From: an uncultured Acidobacteriota bacterium
GTDB lineage: Bacteria; Acidobacteriota; UBA6911
Length of the DNA: 64,000 nt
Direction of reading: 5' to 3'
NCBI GenBank assembly: GCA_963827655.1
Contig: CAWHCF010000014.1
Coordinates: 32,001-96,000, forward strand
The notes beneath the pieces are model-generated. The model ran no database searches. It was not told the DNA's origin and saw only the letters and a list, made by a program, of their open reading frames with translations. Each line of letters opens with the position of its first letter. Position 1 is the stretch's first letter. Below, piece after piece: positions 27,967-38,931 of the stretch. The translations under genes were made by a program, and so were the position numbers.

Positions 27967-30519
27967 TAACGGATCAGTCGGGCTAATCCCGTACAGGAAC
28001 GTCTCGAGAAATCGGGTTAGCAGGAACGCTAGTGTCATCCCGATGACCGCTCCGGCGACAGTCCACGTCATCGCCTGACCCACCACTATCGTCGTTACGG
28101 CGCCCGGCGTCGCGCCGAGTGCGACACGGACACCGATCTCGCGCGTGCGGGAACGCACCAGGAACGACAGGACGCCGTAAATCCCGAGTGCAGCGAGCAC
28201 CAGCGCGAGCATTCCGAGCACGCCGAGCAGGCCGCCGGCAATCCGCGCCGGCAGTAGAGACACCGACATAGCCTCGGTTAGCGTTGCGATATTGAAAACG
28301 GCCAAGGCGGGATCGAGTGCGCGAACCTCCTGTTTGATCGTCGAGAGCACCGAAGCGGGCATGCCAGCGGACCGCACGAGCATCGTGACCCGCGGCGTGT
28401 ACGCCTGCGCGAGCGGGCGGTACATGAATGGCCTCGACTCTTCACCCACTGTCACGTATTTGCTGTCGCGAACGACGCCAACCACCTCGATGACATTACT
28501 GGCATTCGCAGCGGTGCCAAGCACCCGTAGGCGCTGGCCCACGGCGTCCTTTCGAGGCCAGAAACGCCGCGCGAGCGTTTCGTTGACGATCGCGACGCGT
28601 GGCGTGGCATCGCCGTCCAGGTCCGTGAAGTCGCGACCAGCGACCATCCCAATCTGTAGCGTTCTGAAATGCCCGGGCCCGACCGCGTTAGCGTAGACCT
28701 GCGGCATGGGCGGCAGTTGACCGGGAGCGGGCTCGACATCACCGTCGCGGAGTAGGTACATCGTCCTGTTCGAGAGTGTGACCGGCACGATATCGACGAC
28801 GTTGACGGAGACGACGTCGGGCGCCGCTTCCAGGCTGTTCCGGAGACTGCGAATGAACTCACGGCCGCGTGGGGCCGAATAGCCGCGTGTCTCCAGGTCG
28901 ATCGATGCGGTCAAGATGCGGTCGGTATTGAACCCAGTGTCGATGGACTGCGCGTGCCGAAAGCTACGGATGAAAAGCCCGGCGGCGATGAGGAGCAAAA
29001 CCGACATCGAGACCTGCGCGACGAGAAATGCCGAGCGCAAGCGGCCATGGCGTGGTCCATCACCGCGGATGCCTTTGACCGCGCGCACGAGATCGATTTT
29101 CGACGCGCTCAGAGCCGGCATGATACCAAACGCAAGTGTCGCCACGACGGCCGCGACCGTCGTGAACGCCAGCACGCGCACGTCGATTGAGAGGTCGAGC
29201 GCAACCGGGAACGGCGTCGGAAGATGCACTGCCATGAGCAGATGCGTGCACCAGAACGCAATCGCGAGCCCGAGGACCGCGCCAGCAAGTGATAGCAACA
29301 GATTCTCGGCGAGCATCTGACGAATCAACCGCCCACGCCCAGCGCCCAGCGATTGCCGGATTGCGAGTTCGGCCTCTCGAGCCACCGCGCGCGCCAGCAC
29401 GAGATTCGCCAGGTTGACGCAGACAATGAGCAGGACGAGCGCGACAAGCGTCATGAGTACGGCGGTAAACGCGGTCACGGGCGGCGAGATCTCGGGATAT
29501 AGCATCGTGCTGCCGTACACCGTGATGGCCTGGCCTTGATCGGGCTCGCCACGTGCCAGCCGTAGCTGGCGACCTATCGTGTCGAGATCGGCCTGCGCGC
29601 GCGCCCGGTCGAAGCCCGGCTTTAGGCGTCCGACCAGATGGAAGCTGGTTGTGTCGAGCCGCGTTGCCGGATCCTGCGCAGGCCGCAACAGCGCGTCGGC
29701 GGCCAGCGGCACCCAGAGATCTGCGACCAGCGGCGTCATCACGCCGGTGAACCCCTCGGCCGCGACGCCGACGATCGTGAACGGCTGGTCGTTGAGCGCA
29801 ATCGTCTTGCCGACTACGTCTGATGATGCGCCGAATCGACGCTTCCAGAAACCGTGCGACAGGACGACGGCAGGAGGGGCGGCAGCGCGGTCGTCCGATG
29901 GGGCCAGCAGGCGCCCGCGCGCGGACGCCACGCCCAGAACCGAGAAGTACTCACCACTCACGATTGTGCCAAACGTGTGTTCGGTCTCAGCTTCGATCCG
30001 GAGCCCAAACGACTGCATCTGGAACGCCGCTAAGCTGTCGAGGGTCGAGTTGCGGTCTCGGTACTCAATATAGGAGCGGTACCCAGTGTTCGAGTACCGG
30101 TTGGAGTACACGCGGACGACGCTCTCAGGGTCGGACACGGGGAGCGGGCGCAGGAAGAACGCGTTTGCGAGGCTGAAGACGGTGGCGTTGGCACCGATGC
30201 CGAGCGCGAGTACGGCGACCGCTATCACCGTGAAGCCTGGGTTCTTAAGCAAGATCCGCACGCCGTAGCGCAGGTCTTGAACCAGTGTCTCGATCATGGG
30301 CAGCCCCCTTTGCTCCCGGTAGATTTCCTTCACCTGCTCGACTCCGCCAAAGCTGCGTAGGGCGGCGTACCGCGCCTCTTGCGGAGACATTCCTTTGCGC
30401 ACGTTCTCCTCAACCTGCATCTCCAGGTGGGAACGCAGCTCTTCGTCGAGCTCCTGTTCCAGTCGTCCCTTCCGGAGCAGTGCGGCAAGGCGAGATCTCA
30501 GAACTCGCAGCCAGGTCAT
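27856..30519 (-). CDS. ADOP-family duplicated ABC permease with permease-prefix domain
   Basis: [16 protein letters not shown] prefix, ALGIGANATVFS, two MacB/FtsX units, [11 protein letters not shown]. Confidence 0.93.
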   Translation of the reverse strand: MTWLRVLRSRLAALLRKGRLEQELDEELRSHLEMQVEENVRKGMSPQEARYAALRSFGGVEQVKEIYREQRGLPMIETLVQDLRYGVRILLKNPGFTVIAVAVLALGIGANATVFSLANAFFLRPLPVSDPESVVRVYSNRYSNTGYRSYIEYRDRNSTLDSLAAFQMQSFGLRIEAETEHTFGTIVSGEYFSVLGVASARGRLLAPSDDRAAAPPAVVLSHGFWKRRFGASSDVVGKTIALNDQPFTIVGVAAEGFTGVMTPLVADLWVPLAADALLRPAQDPATRLDTTSFHLVGRLKPGFDRARAQADLDTIGRQLRLARGEPDQGQAITVYGSTMLYPEISPPVTAFTAVLMTLVALVLLIVCVNLANLVLARAVAREAELAIRQSLGAGRGRLIRQMLAENLLLSLAGAVLGLAIAFWCTHLLMAVHLPTPFPVALDLSIDVRVLAFTTVAAVVATLAFGIMPALSASKIDLVRAVKGIRGDGPRHGRLRSAFLVAQVSMSVLLLIAAGLFIRSFRHAQSIDTGFNTDRILTASIDLETRGYSAPRGREFIRSLRNSLEAAPDVVSVNVVDIVPVTLSNRTMYLLRDGDVEPAPGQLPPMPQVYANAVGPGHFRTLQIGMVAGRDFTDLDGDATPRVAIVNETLARRFWPRKDAVGQRLRVLGTAANASNVIEVVGVVRDSKYVTVGEESRPFMYRPLAQAYTPRVTMLVRSAGMPASVLSTIKQEVRALDPALAVFNIATLTEAMSVSLLPARIAGGLLGVLGMLALVLAALGIYGVLSFLVRSRTREIGVRVALGATPGAVTTIVVGQAMTWTVAGAVIGMTLAFLLTRFLETFLYGISPTDPLTFVGVTLLLALVALLACWLPARRAAKIDPMTALRYE

Positions 30520-30768
30520 AGTTCCTCACTCGCCACCAGGCACTGGTGTGTCATATATCCACGCCGACCGCCGGTCGCCCTCGAACTTGCGTTTCCGGAA
30601 CAGGGCGCGGAACCGAAACTGATCTGTTCCAAAGGTCATGAATTCAGCCTTCCTCTCTTACTCGTATCGGAGGGCCGTCATTGGATCGATCTTCGCCGCG
30701 CGCCGGGCGGGCAGCCAACAAGCTAGCAAAGCCACCAAGGCCAGCAGCAGCGTGACACCGACGAACGT
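30488..30768. repeat. ADOP array junction repeat, copy 2
   Basis: Direct repeat of 27680-27966. Confidence 0.88.
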
Positions 30769-33403
30769 CGCGGGGTCGGTTGGCGCCACCTCGTAGAGCA
30801 GGCTCTTCACAACACGCATGGCGGCCAGCGCGGCAGAGAGGCCGATCAGCGCCCCGACGCACACGAGTTTCAAGCCTTGTTTGATGACGAGTCCGATTAC
30901 TTCGTTCCGCTTGGCCCCGACGGCCAGGCGGATGCCGATCTCGCGAGTGCGACACGCCACACTATAGGCCAGCACGCCGTACAGCCCCAGGGCGGCGAGG
31001 AGCAGGGCTGACACGCTAAAGAAACCCGCGAGTTGGGCGAGGATGCGTTCCCGAAGGAGCGACTCGTCCACCATCTGCTCCATCGTATAGCTGCCCAGCA
31101 CTTGCAGCCGGGGATCGATTTCCCGGAGCAGAGGCGGAAGCGCAGCGACCAGGCTGGACGGATCACCCAGTGTCCGCACTTCGAAGGTCACGCGCCACTC
31201 GTTGGGTCGCTGAAAGAATGGAAGATAGAAGGTGGGTGGCGCCGGGTCACGCAGATTGCGATACTTGGCGTCCGTGGCCACTCCCACGATTTCAATCGAT
31301 TCCTGGGCGCGGCTGCCCAGAGTGAAGCGCCGGCCAAGCGGGTTGTCGGTTCCGAAGAAACGGCGGGCGAGCGACTGGTTGATCACGGCCACGCTGGGCG
31401 CGCTCGGCTCCACTTTCTTACCGTCCGGCTTTGTGTCGCGCGCGGTAAAGTCGCGGCCCAGCAGCAGCGGAATGTTCATCGTCTCAAAAAAGCGCGGCCC
31501 GACTCTCATGCCATGAAAGGTCAGCTTTTCGTTGGGTTGGGGCGCGTAGCCTTCGGGAACAAACAAGTCGCTCCAACGGCTGCCCGTGAGCAACGGGATG
31601 CTGGTGAAGCTGGCCGCGTCCACGCCCGGCACGGATTCCAGGCGCTCAAGCGTTCGCCGGTAGATCAGCGCGAGCCGGGTCACGTCGTAGCCTTGCCCGC
31701 CATCAAGCGTGAATTGCAGGAGGTTCTCCCGGGTGAACCCGGTATCGATGCTCTTGAGCTTCTGCAAACTGCGGACGAACAGCCCCGCTCCCGCGAGCAG
31801 AAACAACGAAAGCGCGACCTGCGTGATGACCAGAATCTTGTTGATCTTCAGACGTGATGCGCTCGTGCCACCGGTTTGTTCTTTGAGCGCCACGGTCAAA
31901 TCCAGCCGCGTGTTCCGCAGCGCCGGCGCGAGGCCGAAGAGAAGTCCCGTCAGCACGGAGACGCCCAGCGTGAAAGCGAACACGCGGCCGTCCGGGCCAA
32001 CCTGTAGCAAGATGGGATCAGGCCGTCGCGGCAGGTAGGTCAACAGCAGTTCCGTGCCCCAGACAGCAGAAGAGCGTTCCCAGAGTGCCGCCCAGTCCGG
32101 CCAGCAGCAAGCTTTCGGTGACCAGTTGGCGGAGAAGCCGCCCGCGTCCTGCGCCGATGGCCAGGCGCAATGCCAATTCCTTTTGCCGAGCGGCTGCGTG
32201 CGCCAGGAAAAGGTTGGCGACGTTGGCGCAGGCGATGAGCAAGACCAAACCGACCGCCCACATAAGCAGAAATAGCGGCTGACCGAAATCCTTGCGCAGC
32301 TCGGTCCAGCCAGTGGCACCAGATTGCAGGACGACTTTGCGCGCAAAATGCTTTCGCCGCTCCTCCTCGCTCCACTTCGAGCCGTGCGCGGCGGCGCTCT
32401 CGGCGAGCCTTCGCTGATAGACGAGGTCCATTTCCGCGCGCGCCTGCTCGCGACTCACTCCCGGCTGCAACCGGCCCATGAGTTGCAACCACCCGAAGCC
32501 AGGTTCCTTCAAAGCTGTTTTGAACGGTCCCGTGGACACCTGCGGATGCATCTGCAACGGCAGCCACACGTCGGGACTGCTGCCCACTTCAAACCCAAAG
32601 AACCCCGGCGGCGCTACTCCGACGATGGCGAACGGGACATCGTTGAGCACGATGTTCTTTCCAACCGCCGCCGCATCGCGGCCAAACCGGCGTTGCCAGA
32701 AGCGGTGGCTGATGACAACGACCGGTTGCGGATCGCCCGGCCGGTCATCGGCGGGGGTCAACATGCGGCCCAGCACCGCGTTCACTCCCAGCACGGAGAA
32801 AAAATTGCCACTGACTTTCTCGGCCCGCACCGGCTCGGTCGCCGAGCCTGCGCCCGGGGCGCTAACCGTCATCCGCATCCTCTCCTCGCTGCTGGTGGCG
32901 CAGATGCCGGTGAACGAACCTTGATGATCGAGGAACCGTTCGTAAAGCGGGTACGAAAAACTCTCCCATGTGCCGCTCGTGTCCACTTCAGCGAAAAGTG
33001 CGAGCCGCTCCGGCTCCCTGACCGGCAGCATCCGCAACATGACGACATCGATCAGGCTGAAGATCGCGGTGTTCGCGCCGATGCCGAGCGCAAGCGTCAG
33101 CACGGCCACGGCGGTGAAACCGCGGTTCTTGAGCAACATCCGCAGGCCGTATCGCAAATCTTGAATCAGTGTCTCGATCACGGGTAGCCCTCGCTGCTCT
33201 CGGTAGACCTCCTTCATCTGCTCGACCCCGCCAAGGCTCCGTCGCGCCGCGTAGCGGGCTTCTTCCGAAGACATCCCTTTGCCGAGGTTCTCTTCGATCA
33301 GCATCTCCAAATGGGAACGCAGCTCTTCGTCCAGCTCCTGTTCCAGTCTCCGCTTCCGGAACAAAGACTGCCACCGTAGAGCCAAAATTCGCAGCCAGGT
33401 CAT
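30658..33403 (-). CDS. ADOP-family duplicated ABC permease; frameshift near 32070
   Basis: N-half is in ORF 32018-33418 (start MTWLRIL at 33403) and C-half in ORF 30658-32346. It has the same termini as the downstream permease. Confidence 0.88.
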
Positions 33404-33404
33404 C

Positions 33405-33749
33405 TCAGCTCTCCTCAACGCCTCGCAACAAGCGCGACACGATACCTACCATGCGCTCCCAGCTCTCCGTCTGCTCGGCTAGCTGCTTACGCCCGGCTTT
33501 GGTCAAGGAATAGAAGCAGGCGCGCCGGTTGTTGTCGGAAACTCCCCACTTGGACTTGATCCAACCTCTTTGCTGCAGGCGCAGCAGCGCCGGGTACAGG
33601 GTGCCCTGATTGAGATACAGCAGATCCCCGGAGACTTGTTCGATGCGGCGGGCGATGCCAAACCCGTGCAGCGGTCCCAGCGTGTCCAGCGTTTTCAGAA
33701 CCAGCAGGTCTAACGTGCCGCGCAGGATATCTTCCTTTGGTTTTGTCAT
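33405..33749 (-). CDS. PadR family transcriptional regulator (acidobacterial type)
   Basis: [47 protein letters not shown]; heads the ADOP array. Confidence 0.93.
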   Translation of the reverse strand: MTKPKEDILRGTLDLLVLKTLDTLGPLHGFGIARRIEQVSGDLLYLNQGTLYPALLRLQQRGWIKSKWGVSDNNRRACFYSLTKAGRKQLAEQTESWERMVGIVSRLLRGVEES

Positions 33750-33758
33750 CGCAGGATC

Positions 33759-33810
33759 TCCTGTTGAACTCCAACATGAGTATACGGTCTTATGTTGAAA
33801 GTCAACAGGA
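33759..33810. promoter_or_regulatory. Putative PadR operator: two TGTTG-N5-CAACA boxes
   Basis: TGTTGAACTCCAACA (33762-33776) and TGTTGAAAGTCAACA (33793-33807) sit in one larger inverted repeat just upstream of padR. Confidence 0.7.
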
Positions 33811-33960
33811 AAAAAGTCCGACGCATACCGCGCGGTCAGGATTTTTACGAGGACAAACAACCTGGCGACTGTGGCCGGTATTGCGACAGCCCTCCCGATG
33901 ACCGCGCGGCACATTTGAAAACAGGGAGGATCGTGGAAGGCCGATTGCGCCCGCCACACT

Positions 33961-34935
33961 TCATGGGCGAGGGACAGCCGGATCAGAGGAAGCTAGTGGC
34001 TGATTCTGTTCTGCGGCGTAGATTGCGGTGCGGTAATGATCGTGCGGTGAGTGTCCGCGCACCATCTCGTGAAACGCCCGCTCGATCCGGGCGGTAACCG
34101 GTCCGATGCCGCCTGAGCCAAGCTTGTAACCGTCTACTTCGGAGATCGCCTGTATCTCCGCGCCCGTGCCGCAGAAGAATGCCTCGTCGGCCACGTAGAG
34201 TTCCGACCGATCCACTTCACGCTCCTCCGCAGGTATCGCGAGCTCCTCGCGGCACATCTTCAAGATAGTCCGCCGCGTGACGCTTTCCAGGATCCCGCTG
34301 GTGATCGCCGGCGTGATCGCGACGCCGTCGCGCACGATAAACAGACAGGAAGCGGGCCCTTCGGTTACCTTGCCCCGGTCGCTTAGCAGGATCGGATAGT
34401 CATAACCGTGGCGCGTCGCCTCCATCAGCGCCATGCGGCTGTTCTGGTAATTCGAAACGCACTTGATGCGTGGCGGCATCATATTGTCGCCGAGCCGCGT
34501 CCAGGTCGATACGCACGCCCGTATCGTAGCGCCTGAACCGAGCACCGACCGGAACGGCGTCGTCCAGATGAAACAGTGCGTGCTGCTTTCGGCGCCGGTC
34601 GAGAACCAGGTCGTGTCGCCGAAATAGGCCATGGGCCGGACGTAGGAGTCCTCGCGCACCTGATTGGCTCGGAGCAGTTCCGCCGAAGCGGCGGCGAGGT
34701 CCTCGACCGACCAGCGGGACTCCAGGCGCTGGAAGCGCATCGAATAGAGAAACCTGCGGTAGTGCGCAGCGAACTGGAGTCCGTAAAGCTCCTCGCGTTC
34801 GTGATTCCAGTAAGCCTTGATCCCCTCGAAGATCGCCCCCAGAGTCGACCAGCCGAGAACCGTAATGTGCACCTTCGCCTCTGTCCAGGGCACCAGCTCG
34901 CCGTTGCGCCAGATATATTGCGGAGTCTGCTGCAT
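33961..34935 (-). CDS. Branched-chain amino acid aminotransferase family (class IV PLP)
   Basis: YIWRNGELVPW, FEGIKAY, catalytic K in PRIKC, EGPASCLF, ILESVTR, EAFFCGTGAEI. Confidence 0.9.
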   Translation of the reverse strand: MQQTPQYIWRNGELVPWTEAKVHITVLGWSTLGAIFEGIKAYWNHEREELYGLQFAAHYRRFLYSMRFQRLESRWSVEDLAAASAELLRANQVREDSYVRPMAYFGDTTWFSTGAESSTHCFIWTTPFRSVLGSGATIRACVSTWTRLGDNMMPPRIKCVSNYQNSRMALMEATRHGYDYPILLSDRGKVTEGPASCLFIVRDGVAITPAITSGILESVTRRTILKMCREELAIPAEEREVDRSELYVADEAFFCGTGAEIQAISEVDGYKLGSGGIGPVTARIERAFHEMVRGHSPHDHYRTAIYAAEQNQPLASSDPAVPRP

Positions 34936-34986
34936 CCCTTCCTCCAGTGTAGAACGCATGAAGAAATTGGTCGAGGCTCGGCCGGT

Positions 34987-35931
34987 TCACCCAAAAAGAT
35001 CAGTCGAGAGATATTTCAGCCCGGTGTCACAGGCCACGGTCACGATGACAGATCCAGTATTAGCCCGGCGCGCCAGTTCGAGGGCGCACGCGACGTTGGC
35101 CCCGGTCGAGAAACCGCCGAAAATTCCCTCCTGCCGGGCGAGCCGGCGGGCAGTCTCGACTGCTTCGTCATCGGTCGCGGTCAGGAACCCATCGCAGAGA
35201 GACGTGTCCCAGAGCGGCGGGACGAGCGCATAGCCCGTCCCCTGGATCTTGTGGCTGGTGCTGGTAACGGGCGAGCCGGAGATAAACGGAGCGCTCGCAG
35301 GCTCGGCGGCATAGCACCGGATTGCGGGGTTGTGCGTCTTCAATGCCTTCGACGCGCCAATGAATGTGCCCCCGGTGCCGATCGATGCGACGAAGTGCGT
35401 TACCTGTCCACCAGTCTGGCGCCAGATTTCCTGCCCGGTTGTGGCTGCATGGGCGGCCACCGAACTCGGGTTGTTGAACTGATCCGGCCGGAAAGCGCCC
35501 AGTTCTTGCGCGAGCTCTCGAGTGCGAAGTTCCACCTGTTGGAGATCCTCGGCCGACACCTGGCCCGGGCGCGGCGCGCCCACCTGGGGAACGAGCTCAA
35601 CCTCTGCGCCAAGAGCCTCCAGGATTCGCCGCCGCTCGACTGAGTTCCCTTCCGACATCACGGCGATCATCCGGTATCCCCTGAGCGCGCATACAATCGC
35701 CAGTCCGATTCCCATGTTGCCGCTGGTGAGCTCAACCACCGTGCCTCCCGGCTGCAAGCTTCCGTCCCGCTCGGCATCCTGGATAATCTGCAGCGCCACC
35801 CGATCCTTCACGCTTCCTCCGGGGCTGTAATACTCGAGCTTGATGGCAATGCGAGCCGGCAAGCCTGCGGCGAGCCGATCCAGGCTTACCAGAGGAGTCT
35901 CCCCGATCGTGGCCAGCACTGAGTCGAACAC
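34987..35931 (-). CDS. Cysteine synthase family PLP enzyme
   Basis: IGETPLV, PGGSVKDR, TSGNMG, GTGGT, HKIQGTG, STGANV. Confidence 0.9.
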   Translation of the reverse strand: MFDSVLATIGETPLVSLDRLAAGLPARIAIKLEYYSPGGSVKDRVALQIIQDAERDGSLQPGGTVVELTSGNMGIGLAIVCALRGYRMIAVMSEGNSVERRRILEALGAEVELVPQVGAPRPGQVSAEDLQQVELRTRELAQELGAFRPDQFNNPSSVAAHAATTGQEIWRQTGGQVTHFVASIGTGGTFIGASKALKTHNPAIRCYAAEPASAPFISGSPVTSTSHKIQGTGYALVPPLWDTSLCDGFLTATDDEAVETARRLARQEGIFGGFSTGANVACALELARRANTGSVIVTVACDTGLKYLSTDLFG

Positions 35932-35945
35932 GGCGCTTCTCCCTT

Positions 35946-36014
35946 CCGCCGTAAAGACACAAAGACTCTAAGGAACGCCTCGCGTCCTTAGAGTCTTCGT
36001 GTCTTCGTAGTTAA
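35946..36014. repeat. Family-A intergenic hairpin
   Basis: AAAGACACAAAGACTCTAAGGA ... TCCTTAGAGTCTTCGTGTCTTCGTAGTTA. Confidence 0.8.
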
Positions 36015-36036
36015 CGTTGGATGACGCCCCAGGACG

Positions 36037-37227
36037 TCATGCAGCAATGCTGGAGTGAGGATCGAGGACGAACTTCTTGGCCGCGCCTTTGTCGAAGTCC
36101 TTGTAACCTTGAGGCGCCTTGTCGAGCGAGATGACCTCGACGTTGACGGCCTTGGCGATTGCGATTTTCCCGTACAGTATAGCCTGCATCAGCTGCCGGT
36201 TGTATTTCATCACGGGACACTGGCCTGTCTGGAAGAAATGCGACTTCGCCCACCCCAGGCCGATCCGTATGCTCAACATGCCGATCTTGGCATTGTCGTC
36301 GATTCCGCCAGGATCGCCCGTCACGTAGAGTCCCGGAATGCCCAGCGCTCCTCCCGCGCGCGTGATCTCCATGAGGGAATTGAGCACGGTGGCGGGCGCT
36401 TCTTTCTTGGCTCCTTCGCCGTGACCGCGAGCCTCGAAGCCCACACAGTCGACCGCACAATCCACCTCGGGAACGCCGACGATGGCCTCGATCTGTTCCG
36501 CTACGGTCGCCTTCTTAGACACGTCGACGGTCTCGCACCCGAAGCTTTTCGCCTGCGCCAGCCGCTCGGGAATCAGGTCGCCCACGATGACACACGCGGC
36601 GCCAAGCAGGTGGCTGGCTGCCGCGGACGCGAGGCCAACCGGTCCCCCACCGGCAATGTAAACAATGGCTCCAGGCCCCACTCCGGCGGAAACGGCGCCA
36701 TGATACCCGGTGGGGAGAATGTCCGACAGGCAGGTCAGGTCGCGGATCTTCTCCATGGCCTGTGCCTTGTCAGGGAACTTCAGCAGATTGAAATCGGCGT
36801 AAGGCACCATGACATATTCGGCCTGGCCTCCAACCCATCCCCCCATGTCGACATAGCCATACGCGGCGCCTGGCCGTGCGGGATTCACACTCAAACATAC
36901 TCCGGTCTGACGCTCCTTGCAGTTCCGGCAGCGCCCGCAGGCGATGTTAAAAGGGACGGAAACGAGATCTCCTACCTTGATGAACTCAACGTCGCGTCCG
37001 GCCTCGAGAACCTCGCCGGTGATTTCGTGCCCGAGAATCAGTCCTTGCGGCGCCGTGGTGCGGCCGCGGACCATATGCTGGTCGCTGCCGCAAATATTGG
37101 TGGAAACGATCTTCAGAATCACTCCGTGCTCGCACTTTCTTTTTCCCAGAGACAACTTGGGAAAGTCGATGGTTTGGATCTCGACCTTGCCCGTTCCCAT
37201 GTACGCTACTCCACGATTGCTAGGCAT
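36037..37227 (-). CDS. fdhA: Glutathione-independent formaldehyde dehydrogenase
   Basis: STNICGSDQHMVRGRTTA, GHE, CGRCRNC, GAAYGYVDMGGWVGGQAEY, GQCPVMKYNR. Confidence 0.93.
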   Translation of the reverse strand: MPSNRGVAYMGTGKVEIQTIDFPKLSLGKRKCEHGVILKIVSTNICGSDQHMVRGRTTAPQGLILGHEITGEVLEAGRDVEFIKVGDLVSVPFNIACGRCRNCKERQTGVCLSVNPARPGAAYGYVDMGGWVGGQAEYVMVPYADFNLLKFPDKAQAMEKIRDLTCLSDILPTGYHGAVSAGVGPGAIVYIAGGGPVGLASAAASHLLGAACVIVGDLIPERLAQAKSFGCETVDVSKKATVAEQIEAIVGVPEVDCAVDCVGFEARGHGEGAKKEAPATVLNSLMEITRAGGALGIPGLYVTGDPGGIDDNAKIGMLSIRIGLGWAKSHFFQTGQCPVMKYNRQLMQAILYGKIAIAKAVNVEVISLDKAPQGYKDFDKGAAKKFVLDPHSSIAA

Positions 37228-37288
37228 CGCTTCTCCTCCTTGAATGATGTTTATCCTTGGTGTCTTCGCTCTTGTGGTTAATGCGTTC

Positions 37289-38776
37289 CTACGGCGCCAC
37301 CCAACCATACCAACGATGGCTGGGTTCCGCCCCCTCTTCGAGGTAGGCCATCTTCATCTGGCTGAGATAGTCTTTAGGAATCTCGTTTCGCTTCGCCTTC
37401 ACATCAACACCGAAAACCTTCGCGGCATTGAGGCCGAAAATCTGCGCTTTCACTTCCCGATTGAGCGCTGAATACTTGTGCTTCGCGGCAATCTCATCGG
37501 GAATCTCAAAGCGCCTGAACGCCTCGATCTGCCATTGAGGCGTGCCGTACCAGATCGAGTCGGTGCCCCAGAGCACATGATCGGATCCGAAGGCATCGAT
37601 GATCTGACCGAGCAGGTGCGCGCAGATGGCTGGCTGGGTCGTCACCAGTTGACCGAAAGTCGACCCGAGTTCCATGTAGATGTTGCTGATGCCCGGCTCT
37701 TTCTTTTTCATCTTGCAGAACTCGCTCGTCCATGGAATCTCACCCGTCTTCTCGAAGATCTTATCGACCGAGCCGGCGCTGCGCAAACCTGAGTGGTAGA
37801 CCAGGAATTGGATTGTGGGAAAATCCTTGGCCGCCTTGATCAGGTCGCGCGGGTGATTGTAGTCCTCGACCGGACCCAGAGGGAGTCCTTTGTGCACGCA
37901 GATGCGCGGCACTTTGAGCGCGCGCGCCCTCTCCAGCATCGGGTAGGTCACCTTTTCGTCGTCCATCCACCAGCCTCGATCGAACCCTTTTGGAGCTGCG
38001 CCCGTATACGCCTTCCAGGCATCGATCTTCAGGCTGTTGGCCTGCAGGTCCATGAAATCGAGGTCAGCTTTGCCGAGTTGCGGCGTAACCAGGCCGTGAG
38101 CCAACATTCGCTGCGACCGAGTAACCCGATTAATCTCATCCCGGATGTGCGTCATTTCCTTGGGAGTGACGACCGCCTCCTGCGGGTAAGGCCCGGGGGG
38201 AGTGCTGATCAGGCCGAGGGAGGTCTCGCTATCAAGGAATACCTCCTTGATAAAGTTCTCCCACGAGAGGTCTGCCATTGTTCCCCGATCTCCAGCCAGT
38301 TTGGGATTCAGGCCGGCCGCGCGCGTCTGCTTGCGCAGCGCCAGGAGCCCTTGCTTGGTAACGGCTCCCTTCCGGCTTCCCTCGGCATCCGCCGGATCGT
38401 AACGAGTGCTCACGTAGTGCGTCTGAACGTCGAAAATGAAGAAAGGTTCGCCTTGACGCTGGGCGAACGCGGCGGCTTCCACTTTTTCAATTTCGAGCAC
38501 GTCAAAGAACTTACCGAAAACCGTGTTCATCGCCAGGAGGGCCGTGGCCATGCCTCCGCCGGTCCGCAGGAAAGCGCGGCGGCTCATTCCCAGTCTGCGG
38601 GAAGCAACCTCGGCGGCGCGCTCAATCAGGCACTCCACACGAGCCTGCTCGGGAGTCTGCGGCAGAGGGTTGAACTCTTCGTTCGAAACGATCCGAGTCG
38701 GAATCGGTGAGCCGGAGGTAAACCCTTGGGTCATTCCGGGCCGGACTGTGAACAGATTTCGATTCACTCGAGTCAT
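37289..38776 (-). CDS. Amidohydrolase 2 family metallo-hydrolase
   Basis: DVQTH, CVHKG, VYHSG, LWGTDSIW; internal Tat-like SRRAFL segment. Confidence 0.85.
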   Translation of the reverse strand: MTRVNRNLFTVRPGMTQGFTSGSPIPTRIVSNEEFNPLPQTPEQARVECLIERAAEVASRRLGMSRRAFLRTGGGMATALLAMNTVFGKFFDVLEIEKVEAAAFAQRQGEPFFIFDVQTHYVSTRYDPADAEGSRKGAVTKQGLLALRKQTRAAGLNPKLAGDRGTMADLSWENFIKEVFLDSETSLGLISTPPGPYPQEAVVTPKEMTHIRDEINRVTRSQRMLAHGLVTPQLGKADLDFMDLQANSLKIDAWKAYTGAAPKGFDRGWWMDDEKVTYPMLERARALKVPRICVHKGLPLGPVEDYNHPRDLIKAAKDFPTIQFLVYHSGLRSAGSVDKIFEKTGEIPWTSEFCKMKKKEPGISNIYMELGSTFGQLVTTQPAICAHLLGQIIDAFGSDHVLWGTDSIWYGTPQWQIEAFRRFEIPDEIAAKHKYSALNREVKAQIFGLNAAKVFGVDVKAKRNEIPKDYLSQMKMAYLEEGAEPSHRWYGWVAP

Positions 38777-38800
38777 GGGAGTTCCTCCTGCAAACAAATC

Positions 38801-38909
38801 CACCACCAGGACGCCAAGACACTGAGAGCGCCATCATACACCCAAAAAAATCGACAGGGCAAAAGTACGATGCTTCGCGTTTCGTGGCGTCTTCGAGTCT
38901 TGGCGGTTA
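38801..38909. repeat. Family-A intergenic hairpin
   Basis: CACCACCAGGACGCCAAGACACTGAGA ... TTTCGTGGCGTCTTCGAGTCTTGGCGGTT. Confidence 0.7.
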
Positions 38910-38931
38910 TGAAAACGAAAAACAACCGAGG

